From Macrostomum lignano (taxonomy: Eukaryota): a DNA stretch of 64,000 nucleotides. Below are positions 37,962 through 50,000 of this stretch, piece by piece. The DNA is taken from NCBI GenBank assembly GCA_002269645.1, contig NIVC01000262.1, forward strand, positions 313,412 through 377,411, in the 5' to 3' direction. Below the pieces are notes generated by a model. It saw only the letters and a program-made list of their open reading frames with translations, was not told the origin of the DNA and did no database searches. Both the position numbers and the translations under genes were made by a program. Within the stretch, counting starts at the first letter, position 1; every line of letters begins with the position of its first letter.

Positions 37962-40900
37962 ATGTCGATACCCATCGGGCACAATGTCGAATTGAAAGCC
38001 AGCGTGGCCAGTCTGATCGAATTCGTACACGACAGTTTGCACCGGGACGACCTGGGCGACACCGGCGACTCAGCTGGGCAGCAGAATGACTTCTGGGCGT
38101 TGGTCACGCCCGAGATTGCTCAGTCGCGTGAGTGGGGATTTACCGAACGTACTGAACTACTTTGTCAAGTTAGTAGCATCTTTAGGGTTTTACATTTACC
38201 CTTCTAGAAATCAACAAATCCTCTAGCAAAATACGTCTCTAATGCATACAATGTAGTTTACAAGTTCAGTGTTGAAGCCTTCTGGACCCTCATTTGCTGG
38301 GCGACCGCTAAGCCTCCCAGATCCTCAGTTGCTAGGCAAGCTTACCAGATACTCAGTTGCTAGGCGAGCTTACCAGATCCTCAGTTGCTAGGCAAGCTTA
38401 CCAGATCCTCAGTTGCTAGGCAAGCTTACCAGATACTCAGTTGCTAGGCGAGCTTACCAGATCCTCAGTTGCTAGGCAAGCTTACCAGATCCTCAGTTGC
38501 TAGGCGAGCTTACCAGATACTCAGTTGCTAGGCGAGCTTACCAGATCCTCAGTTGCTAGGCAAGCTTACCAGATCCTCAGTTGCTAGGCGAGCTTACCAG
38601 ATCCTTAGTTGCTAGGCAAGCTTACCAGATCCTCAGTTGCTAGGCAAGCTTACCAGATCCTCAGTTGCTAGGCAAGCTTACCAGATCCTCAGTTGCTAGG
38701 CGAGCTTACCAGATCCTTAGTTGCTAGGCAAGCTTACCAGATCCTCAGTTGCTAGGCAAGCTTACCAGATCCTCAGTTGCTAGGCAAGCTTACTAGATCC
38801 TCAGTTGCTAGGCAAGCTTACCAGATCCTCAGTTGCTAGGCAAGCTTACCAGATCCTCAGTTGCTAGGCAAGCTTACCAGATCCTCAGTTGCTAGGCAAG
38901 CTTACCAGATCCTCAGTTGCTAGGCAAGCTTACCAGATCCTCAGTTGCTAGGCAAGCTTACCAGATCTCATGTTGATAAAAATCTCTCCATCCCGCAGTC
39001 TCAAAGCCGGCAACCCCCGAGCCGACAGCTGCAGCTGCTCCAGCAGCAACATCAGCAGCAGCTGTCAATCAGCAGTGCGCTGCCTCGCTTGATGACGATC
39101 TGGACTGTTGCGATCCAGCGCTACGGCCCGCCACTGCCACAGCTGCTGCTGCTGCCGAGACCACCGTAGCTTTCGAGGTTCGTGTACACCCTGTGTGAGC
39201 GTGTGCATGAGTGCCTGCAGTACTGTGTTGGCTCGCTTGTGTGCTCAGTAGTCAGGCGCCGGGGTACAAATGCTAACTGGAGTAACAGTAGCAAAGTGCA
39301 TTCTCCCGCAGCCATTCTATCTGGACAACATTCCATCGTTGCGGCCACATCGAGACCTTCTGAAACTCTTGGCCCACTGGTCGGTGCCTCTGGTTTATCC
39401 TACTGACGCCGAGACGCGCCAAGATGTCGCCATTGTCACCGCGGAAGCTCGCGAGGCTTTGGACTGTCGGATTGCATCCAGGCGGCGCACCAGCCCACCA
39501 GAGCCGCGTAGCAACTGTCCTGACCCAGTTCCACCTGTCCAACTGACAGACGAAGCACAAAATAAGCCAGCAGCAACCGACTCGAACTCAGTAGGCGAAA
39601 TGGATTACGGCGATTTGACTGCTACGCAAATTCGCGACGTGAAAGAAGGCGTCGAGGCTCTTCTAGCCGACTGCAGCTTGAACTTTACACAGAATGTGCT
39701 GGCTGAAAGTGCAGCTAGGCTGGACAGGGACAAAGACCTAACGGATAATGATCTTAGAGACAAAGACCTCGAAGAGGAGGACGAGGACACTAGCTGGCTG
39801 CGAAGTAACATTGGTAAACCTTCCAGCGGTGTGAACAGTGCTTTGAAAAATCCTGCTGGGTTCTGTACAGCCTCAGGCAGATTGGTCAGCTTCTCAGCTG
39901 AGGCCATGCGAAAAGCCAAACAATTGGAGGATGAGGCGGCCAACCATCGGAGCAACGAGAATCTTGCCGAATCTGGTAGGAAATTGTCGCCAGAAAGCGT
40001 CGATATGAAGGGTGGGTTTTCAACCGCCGGTGGTAAATCTTTGCAAGTATCGACGTCCGCTCTGCGTAAGGCGCGGCAGCTAGCCGAGGACGCGGAACTG
40101 GAACCCGTTAGTAACAACAGGCCTGTCAATCAGGGTCCGGCCGGCTTCTCCACCGCAGGCGGGCGTTCGGTTGGCGTTTCAGCTTCGGCGTTGAAGCGAG
40201 CGCAGAAACTGCTTGATGAAGCCGATAAAGACAGTCCCAGATGCAGCTCGGCTGCCACAGCTTCAAGTACTTCTAGTGGCGGGGCTGGCGGCGGCTTCTC
40301 CACAGCGGGCGGTCGGGCTGTGCAGGTATCGGCCAGCGCCATGGCTCGGGCCAAAGCCCTGGCTGCGGCTGCTGAGAATGAGGATTCCGCTCCGGCAAAT
40401 CCTTCGACCAAAGCTGCTCAACCAAGTCCGCAGACTCCGAATGCCATGTCCACTCCCAGACAGCAGATGCCGAGGCCACGGACCACCCCCATGCTGGTGC
40501 AGCATCGGACGCCTCGGCTGAGCACGCCAGTGGGTGGGGCTGCTTCGGCGTCTTCGGCGACTCCGGCTACTAAGGGTGCGTTCTACCGGTTCAAGCCCGC
40601 GCCCTCGCCTGCCGCTGCTCCTCGGCGACAGTTGCAGCCGCAGACTCCGACTGCTCCGACTGCTGCTGCGGTTTGTGTGAACTGCGGGTTACAGATTCTG
40701 TGTTGCTGGGCCTCCATTCTCAGATCCCCAATTGCTGGGCCTCCATTCTCAGGTCCCCAGTTGCTGGGCCCCCATTCTCAGATCCCCAGTTGCTAGGCCC
40801 CCATTCTCAGATCCCCAGTTGCTAGGCCCCCATTCTCAGATCCCCAGTTGCTGGGCCTCCATTCTCAGATCCCTCCAGTTGCTGGGCCTCCATTCTCAGA

Positions 40901-41441
40901 TCCCTCCAGTTGCTGGGCCTCCATTCTCAGATCCCTCCAGTTGCTGGGCCAGCCTCCCAGATCCTCAGATGATGGCCCACCAGCCTCCCAGATCCAGCGC
41001 AGACGTCCGTCAAAGGTGAATGCAGTTCAATCATGTTTTTGCGCCCCCTCAGCAGGCCACGGAGAAGGGCCTGGGCGAACTCAGCCTGGCCAGACTCCGC
41101 CTTGCCGCATCGGGCGAGCGAGTCAGCCTGTCTGCCTCCCCGATTCCCGACTCCGCCGGTCTCCAGCCGACCATGGACTTCGAATTGGCCGGCGATTTTC
41201 GTTTCTCTGACGGCACTGGTTGGTCGGATCTGCTCACGAAGTTGCGCTCTCAGCCTGGGATTCGAGCCCCGGCCCTCACAGAGGCTTGGTTTCGCAATCA
41301 TTACCGGTTGCTGGTATGGCGAATGTCGGCCAGAGGCGCAGCTGCCCCCGATGAAGATTTTGGGGTGAAATATTTCAGCCCGGAACACCTGCTGCACCAG
41401 CTGAGGTATCGCTATGATAGAGAGTTCGTTTTGGGACACCG
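37962..41441 (+). CDS. BRCA2: BRCA2 ortholog, exons 1-4 (N-terminus, four BRC repeats, helical domain)
   Basis: Exons 37962-38127, 38999-39177, 39312-40670, 41053-41441 (phases 1,0,0,2). N-terminal DDLG...NDFWAL recalls the DLGP-WF motif. BRC repeats: FCTASGRLVSFSAEAMRKAKQL, FSTAGGKSLQVSTSALRKARQL, FSTAGGRSVGVSASALKRAQKL, FSTAGGRAVQVSASAMARAKAL. Helical domain WFRNHYRLLVWRM...LLHQLRYRYDRE. Confidence 0.93.
38310..38965 (+). repeat. 28-bp variant of the CAGATCCTCAGTTGCT family, BRCA2 intron 1
   Basis: Unit agcttaccagatcctcagttgctaggca. Confidence 0.93.
40695..40990 (+). repeat. CAGATCCCCAGTTGCTGGG-family variant, BRCA2 intron 3
   Basis: Unit cctccattctcagatccc(t)cagttgctggg. Confidence 0.9.
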
Positions 41442-41529
41442 GTAAGTGCTTTAACTAGTGGATACTGTTGTTGTCTTGCTTATGTGGGATTGACCGCTTC
41501 TTATATTGTGCGAGCAGATTTAAAATTTG

Positions 41530-43875
41530 TGTCAGTAGATTAATAACTTGTGTCAGTAGATTAATGATTTGTGTCAGTGGGTTTATGATTTGTGTCAGTA
41601 GATTTTTATTTGTGTCAGTAGGTTTATGATTTGTGTTAGTAAAGTAATGATTTATGTCAGTAGGTTTATGAATTGTGTCAGTAAATTAATGATTTGTGTC
41701 AGTAGGTTTATGAATTGTGTCAGTAAAGTAATGATTTGTGTCAGTAGGTTTATGAATTGTGTCAGTAAATTAATGATTTGTGTCAGTAGGTTTATGATTT
41801 GTGTCAGTAAAGTAATGATTTGTGTCAGTAGGTTTATGAATTGTGTCAGTAAATTAATGATTTGTGTCAGTAAAGTAATGATTTGTGTCAGTAGGTTTAT
41901 GAATTGTGTCAGTAAATTAATGATTTGTGTCAGTAAAGTAATGATTTGCGTCAGTAGTTTATGATTTGTGTCAGTAAAGTAAGGATTTATGTCAGTAAAG
42001 TAATGGTTTGTGTCAGTAAGTTTATGATTTGTGTCAGTAAAGTAATTATTTGTGTCAGTAGGTTTATGAATTGTGTCAGTAAAGTAATGATTTGTGTCAG
42101 TAAAGTAATGATTTGTGTCAGTAAAGTAATGATTTGTGTCAGTAAAGTAATTATTTGTGTCAGTAGGTTTATGAATTGTGTCAGTAAATTAATGATTTGT
42201 GTCAGTAGGTTTATGATTTGTGTCAGTAAAGTAATGATTTGCGTCAGTAGTTTATGATTTGTGTCAGTAAAGTAATGATTTGTGTCAGTAAGTTTATGAT
42301 TTGTGTCAGTAAAGTAATTATTTGTGTCAGTAGGTTTATGAATTGTGTCAGTAAATTAATGATTTGTGTCAGTAGGTTTATGATTTGTGTCAGTAAAGTA
42401 ATGATTTGTGTCAGTAGGTTTATGAATTGTGTCAGTAAATTAATGATTTGTGTCAGTAGGTTTATGAATTGTGTCAGTAAATTAATGATTTGTGTCAGTA
42501 GGTTTATGAATTGTGTCAGTAAATTAATGATTTGTGTCAGTAAAGTAATGATTTGTGTCAGTTGTTTATGATTTGTGTCAGTAAAGTAAGTATTTATGTC
42601 AGTAGGTTTATGATTTGTGTCAGTAAAGTAATGATTTGTGTCAGTAGGTTTATGAATTGTGTCAGTAAATTAATGATTTGTGTCAGTAAAGTAATGATTT
42701 GTGTCAGTAGTTTATGATTTGTGTCAGTAAAGTAATGATTTGTGTCAGTAAAGTAAGGATTTATGCCAGTAAAGTAATGGTTTGTGTCAGTAAATTAATG
42801 ATTTGTGTCAGTAGGTTTATGATTTGTGTCAGTAAAGTAATGATTTGTGTCAGTAGGTTTATGATTTGTGTCAGTAAAGTAATGATTTGTGTCAGTAGGT
42901 TTATGAATTGTGTCAGTAAATTAATGATTTGTGTCAGTAAAGTAATGATTTGTGTCAGTTGTTTATGATTTGTGTCAGTAAAGTAAGGATTTGTGTCAGT
43001 AAAGTAATGATTTGTGTCAGTAAAGTAAGGATTTATGTCAGCAAAGTAATGATTTGTGTCAGTAAAGTAATGATTTATGTCAGTAAAGTAATGATTTGTG
43101 TCAGTAAAGTAATGATTTGTGTCAGTAGTTTATGATTTGTGTCAGTAAAGTAATGATTTGTGTCAGTAGGTTTATGAATTGTGTCAGTAAATTAATGATT
43201 TGTGTCAGTAAATTAATGATTTGTGTCAGTAAAGTAATGATTTGCGTCAGTAGTTTATGATTTGTGTCAGTAAAGTAAGGATTTATGTCAGTAAAGTAAT
43301 GGTTTGTGTCAGTAAGTTTATGATTTGTGTCAGTAAAGTAATTATTTGTGTCAGTAGGTTTATGAATTGTGTCAGTAAAGTAATGATTTGTGTCAGTAAA
43401 GTAATGATTTGTGTCAGTAAAGTAATGATTTGTGTCAGTAAAGTAATTATTTGTGTCAGTAGGTTTATGAATTGTGTCAGTAAATTAATGATTTGTGTCA
43501 GTAGGTTTATGATTTGTGTCAGTAAAGTAATGATTTGTGTCAGTAGGTTTATGAATTGTGTCAGTAAATTAATGATTTGTGTCAGTAAAGTAATGATTTG
43601 TGTCAGTTGTTTATGATTTGTGTCAGTAAAGTAATAATTTATGTCAGTAAAGTAATGATTTGTGTCAGTAAAGTAATGATTTGTGTCAGTAGTTTATGAT
43701 TTGTGTCAGTAAAGTAATGATTTGTGTCAGTAAAGTAAGGATTTATGTCAGTAAAGTAATGATTTGTGTCAGTAAAGTAATAATTTGTGTCAGTAAAGTA
43801 ATAATTTATGTCAGTAGAGTAATGATTTGTGTTATTAGAGTAATGATTTGTGTTATTAGAGTAATGGTTTGTGTC
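41530..43875. repeat. 21-bp minisatellite, about 2.3 kb, start of BRCA2 intron 4
   Basis: Unit atgatttgtgtcagtaaagta (the MICVSKV pseudo-ORFs). Confidence 0.96.
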
Positions 43876-44080
43876 AATCGATTGTTTGTTTGTGTCACTA
43901 TCTATGTATTTATTAGTGTTTAGTTACATTTATACAAAGTCGCAACAATTTGATTTCGCATTGTCCAGTTTACATGGTGCAAGGTACTGTTGCGTATAAT
44001 AAGCCTGTTTGATCCCTTTGGTGACAAAAGTACATAAGTTAGTAATTTGACTGTTTAGTTCATAGAATTTGCAAGCTAGA

Positions 44081-47000
44081 CTAAAAAATCGTGATGCTCT
44101 TCTTCAAGTTCGCCTCAGCGATTCGATGCAGCACTTCTTTGAACAGGGGCTTCATGCTGTCAATGTCTATGGCCGTGATGAGGTGCGTGTAGATTCTCTT
44201 GGACTTTGGCATGTTCTTCGGTATGAGGCTGGTGAACTTCTCTTTGATGTACTGCGCGCACTGGTTCACCTCGTCGTGGCCTGGAGATTGAGGACGATTG
44301 AGGAGGATCAAACTTGATGTCTCGATTCTGTTTGTTCGTTGTTCCCTATATTAAGGCGATTTTCTCATATATTCAGGGCGATTTTCTTAGATAATCAGGG
44401 CGATTTTGATGGATAATCAGGGCGATTTTGATGGATAATCAGGGCGATTTTGATGGATAATCAGGGCGATTTTGATGGATAATCAGGGCGATTTGCTTGG
44501 ATAATCAGGGCGATTTTGATGGATAATCAGGGCGATTTTGATGGATAATCAGGGCGATTTTGATGGATAATCAGGGCGATTTTGATGGATAATCAGGGCG
44601 ATTTGCTTGGATAATCAGGGCGATTTTGATGGATAATCAGGGCGATTTTGATGGATAATCAGGGCGATTTTGATGGATAATCAGGGCGATTTTGATGGAT
44701 AATCAGGGCGATTTTGATGGATAATCAGGGCGATTTTGATGGATAATCAGGGCGATTTTGATGGATAATCAGGGCGATTTTGATGGATAATCAGGGCGAT
44801 TTGCTTGGATAATCAGGGCGATTTTGATGGATAATCAGGGCGATTTTGATGGATAATCAGGGTGATTTGCTTGGATAATCAGGTCGATTTTCCTGGATAA
44901 TCAAGGTGATTTGCTTGGATAACCAGGGGCGATTTCTCTGAAACATCTCACCTCGATAGTCCGGAAACAGTCCTGTAATACTCTTGGACTTCAACTTCTG
45001 CTCGAACACGTCCAATTTGTTTAAGAACAGAAAGAAATCCTTCTTCCACAGGTACTTGTTGCTGATGATCTCGCTGAATGTTGATAGACAGTCGGACATT
45101 TTAATTGTCTGGAGAATGTACAGATGGATTGTCTGTTTATGACATGATTTATGATGATCAATGATTTAGAAAGACGTGCGTGGTTTCTCACCGTTCTGTC
45201 CTCCTCTTCGACAAGCTCGCCGAAGCCAGACAGAGAGCTGACGAATAGCACTGCGTTGACGTCTTCGAAATAGTGAATCCACTTGTGCCGCTGGCTTCTC
45301 TGGCCTGCCAGATCGATCATGCTGTCGTTTTGAATGAAAATTGGGCGGATTTTTATTGCAGATAAATTGATTGACTTGGCTGATGATATCCAGATGTGAT
45401 GAAAAAGCCAAGGAGGTCGGACACAGATAGACAGGGGGTGCGCACAGATAGGGGTGTACACAGATAGACAGGAGGTGTACACAGATAGACAGGGGTGTAC
45501 ACAGATAGACAGGGGGTGTACACAGATAGACAGGGGGTGTACACAGATAGACAGGGATGTACACAGATAGACAGGGGTGTACACAGATAGACAGGGGTGT
45601 ACACAGATAGGGGGTGTACACAGATAGGGGGTGTACACAGATAGACAGGGGGTGTACACAGATAGACAGGGGGTGTACACAGATGATTCAGATTCAAGGA
45701 GGTGGACACAAAACATTTTAGGGAGTTGAATTTAGGGAATTTAGGGAAACAGACACATTGGAGGCTGGGAGGTGGACACAGCGGATGCAAAAAGGTGGAC
45801 TCAACAGCGACCGGGAAATGGACACAACAGCGACAGAGAGCCGGACACACACAGCGACAGAGAGCTGGACACACACAGCGACAGAGAGCTGGACACACAC
45901 AGCGACAGGAAGATGGACATAACAGCGACAGAGAGGTAGAAACACACAGCGACAGGAAGATGAACACAACAGTGACAGGAAGATGGACACAACAGTGACA
46001 GGAAGATGGACACAACAGTGACAGGAAGATGGACACAACAGTGACAGGAAGATGGACATAACAGCGACAGGAAGATTGACATAACAGCGACAGAGAGGTG
46101 GACACACACAGCGACAGGAAGATGGACACAACAGTGACAGGAAGATGGACATAACAGCGACAGGAAGATGAACACAACAGTGACAGGAAGATGGACATAA
46201 CAGCGACAGGAAGATGAACACAACAGTGACAGGAAGATGGACATAACAGCGACAGGAAGATGAACACAACAGTGACAGGAAGATGGACACAACAGTGACA
46301 GGAAGATGGACACAACAGTGACAGGAAGATGGACATAACAGCGACAGGAAGATTGACATAACAGCGACAGAGAGGTGGACACACACAGCGACAGGAAGAT
46401 GGACACAACAGTGACAGGAAGATGGACATAACAGCGACAGGAAGATGAACACAACAGTGACAGGAAGATGGACATAACAGCGACAGGAAGATGAACACAA
46501 CAGTGACAGGAAGATGGACATAACAGCGACAGGAAGATGAACACAACAGTGACAGGAAGATGGACACAACAGTGACAGGAAGATGAACACAACAGTGACA
46601 GGAAGATGGACACAACAGTGACAGGAAGATGGACATAACAGCGACAGGAAGATGGACATAACAGCGACAGAGAGGTGGACACAGCGGATGCAAAGAGGTG
46701 GACACAACAGTGACAGGAAGGTGGACACAGCGGATGCAACGAGGTGGACACAGCAGCGACCAGTAAATGGACACTACAGCGACAGGGAGGTGGACAAAGC
46801 GAGTACAAAGAGGTGGACACAGAAGCGACAGGAAAGTAGACACAGAACATTCTGCATCCGCTTTAAGCTCACCGAAAAGTGGTGCCAGCAATTTGAAATT
46901 CGGTCTGTCTGACTGCGTCGCTCGGCTTGCGAATGGCCAAAATATCTTGCAGCGTTGGCACATAGTCCTCTTGAATGACGCGATCCACGTGTTGTATAAA

Positions 47001-50000
47001 GCTGTAGATTTATTTAGATTGGTGATCTTTATTTTACAGAGCCTTAAACATTTTAGTAAGTTTTTAGTGTTTTAAGTTAAAATTGTCGCTAACTTGAAAA
47101 CTGTAATCAGACTGATGTTGAATCACCCTTTAGGGCAATGAGAATCACACTTTAGGGCAATGAGAATCACACTTTAGGGCAATGAGAATCACACTTTATG
47201 ACAATGAGAATTACATTTTATGGCAATGAGAATCACCCTTTAGGGCAATGAGAATCACACTTTAGGGCAATGAGAATCACACTTTATGACAATGAGAATC
47301 ACACTTTAGGGCAATGAGAATCACCCTTTAGGGCAATGAGAATCACACTTTAGGGCAATGAGAATCACACTTTATGACAATGAGAATCACACTTTAGGGC
47401 AATGAGAATCACACTTTATGACAATGAGAATCACACTTTAGGGCAATGAGAATCACCCTTTAGGGCAATGAGAATCACACTTTAGGGCAATGAGAATGAC
47501 ACTTTAGGGCAATGAGAATGACACTTTAGGGCAATGAGAATCACACTTTATGGCAATGAGAATCACACTTTAGGGCAATGAGAATGACACTTTAGGGCAA
47601 TGAGAATGACACTTTAGGGCAATGAGAATCACACTTTAGGGCAATGAGAATCACACTTTAGGGCAATGAGAATCACACTTTAGGGCAATGAGAATCACAC
47701 TTTAGGGCAATGAGAATCACACTTTATGGCAATGAGAATCACACTTTAGGGCAATGAGAATCACACTTCAGAGCAATGAGAATGACACTTTAGGGCAATG
47801 AGAATGACACTTTAGGGCAATGAGAATCACACTTTATGGCAATGAGAATCACACTTTAGGGCAATGAGAATGACACTTTAGGGCAATGAGAATCACACTT
47901 TAGGGCAATGAGAATGACACTTTAGGGCAATGAGAATGACACTTTAGGGCAATGAGAATGACACTTTAGGGCAATGAGAATCACACTTTAGGGCAATGAG
48001 AATCACACTTTAGGGCAATGAGAATCACACTTTATGGCAATGAGAATCACACTTTAGGGCAATGAGAATCACACTTTAGGGCAATGAGAATCACACTTTA
48101 GGGCAATGAGAATCACACTTTAGGGCAATGAGAATCACACTTTAGGGCAATGAGAATCACACTTTAGGGCAATGAGAATCACACTTTAGGGCAATGAGAA
48201 TCACATTTTATGGCAATGAGAATCACCCTTTAGGGCAATGAGAATCACACTTTAGGGCAATGAGAATCACACTTTATGACAATGAGAATCACACTTTAGG
48301 GCAATGAGAATCACCCTTTAGGGCAATGAGAATCACACTTTAGGGCAATGAGAATCACACTTTATGACAATGAGAATCACACTTTAGGGCAATGAGAATC
48401 ACACTTTATGACAATTAGAATCACACTTTAGGGCAATGAGAATCACCCTTTAGGGCAATGAGAATCACACTTTAGGGCAATGAGAATGACACTTTAGGGC
48501 AATGAGAATGACACTTTAGGGCAATGAGAATCACACTTTATGGCAATGAGAATCACACTTTAGGGCAATGAGAATGACACTTTAGGGCAATGAGAATGAC
48601 ACTTTAGGGCAATGAGAATCACACTTTAGGGCAATGAGAATCACACTTTATGGCAATGAGAATCACACTTTAGGGCAATGAGAATCACACTTTAGGGCAA
48701 TGAGAATCACACTTTATGGCAATGAGAATCACACTTTAGGGCAATGAGAATCACACTTCAGGGCAATGAGAATGACACTTTAGGGCAATGAGAATGACAC
48801 TTTAGGGCAATGAGAATCACACTTTAGGGCAATGAGAATGACACTTTAGGGCAATGAGAATGACACTTTAGGGCAATGAGAATCACACTTTATGGCAATG
48901 AGAATGACACTTTAGGGCAATGAGAATGACACTTTAGGGCAATGAGAATGACACTTTAGGGCAATGAGAATCACACTTTAGGGCAATGAGAATCACACTT
49001 TAGGGCAATGAGAATCACACTTTATGGCAATGAGAATCACACTTTAGGGCAATGAGAATCACACTTTAGGGCAATGAGAATCACACTTTAGGGCAATGAG
49101 AATCACACTTTAGGGCAATGAGAATCACACTTTAGGGCAATGAGAATCACACTTTAGGGCAATGAGAATCACACTTTAGGGCAATGAGAATCACACTTTA
49201 TGGCAATGAGAATCACACTTTAGGGCAATGAGAATCACACTTTAGGGCAATGAGAATCACACTTTATGGCAATGAGAATCACACTTTAGGGCAATGAGAA
49301 TCACACTTTAGGGCAATGAGAATCACACTTTAGGGCAATGAGAATCACACTTTAGGGCAATGAGAATCACACTTTAGGGCAATGAGAATCACACTTTAGG
49401 GCAATGAGAATCACACTTTAGGGCAATGAGAATCACACTTTAGGGCAATGAGAATCACACTTATGGCAATGAGAATCACACTTTAGGGCAATGAGAATCA
49501 CACTTTAGGGCAATGAGAATCACACTTTATGGCAATGAGAATCACACTTTAGGGCAATGAGAATCACACTTTAGGGCAATGAGAATCACACTTTAGGGCA
49601 ATGAGAATCGCTGCCCTACTGAACTAGTCACTATTGAATATAAAAAAACAGATTAACAATCAAGAGGACAGCTAGACTGTCGGTCAGACCCTCTAAAAAC
49701 AAACGAAGTAACTCACTACATCTCGGCGTAGGTAATCTCCGGCTTGAAGTACTCGTGATCAGCGAGGCACAATTCGAACTCCGGCTGCACAATGCAGTTC
49801 TTTATGTGTCGCACGAAGCAGAACACGATTTCGTCGTGAGGCGGCAAGCCGTCCAGGGTTGACGAGGCGCGCCGACCTCCCGAGGAGCCGGTGTCGTGCG
49901 CGTCGCCTAGGTGAAGGTGCTCAACCAGCCTGGCGCAGCTGCTGTCGGAGCTGCCATCGTCCAGCTGGTTCAGTCCGGCATCCTCTCCGCTCAGGTTTTG

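Noticed and set aside
41626-43923. MICVSKV repeat ORFs
   Set aside because: 21-bp minisatellite in BRCA2 intron 4.
45353-46963. 536-aa Cys-rich ORF resembling metallothionein or keratin-associated proteins
   Set aside because: 23-bp minisatellite in G-alpha intron 6; the real exon 47001-46873 is in another frame.
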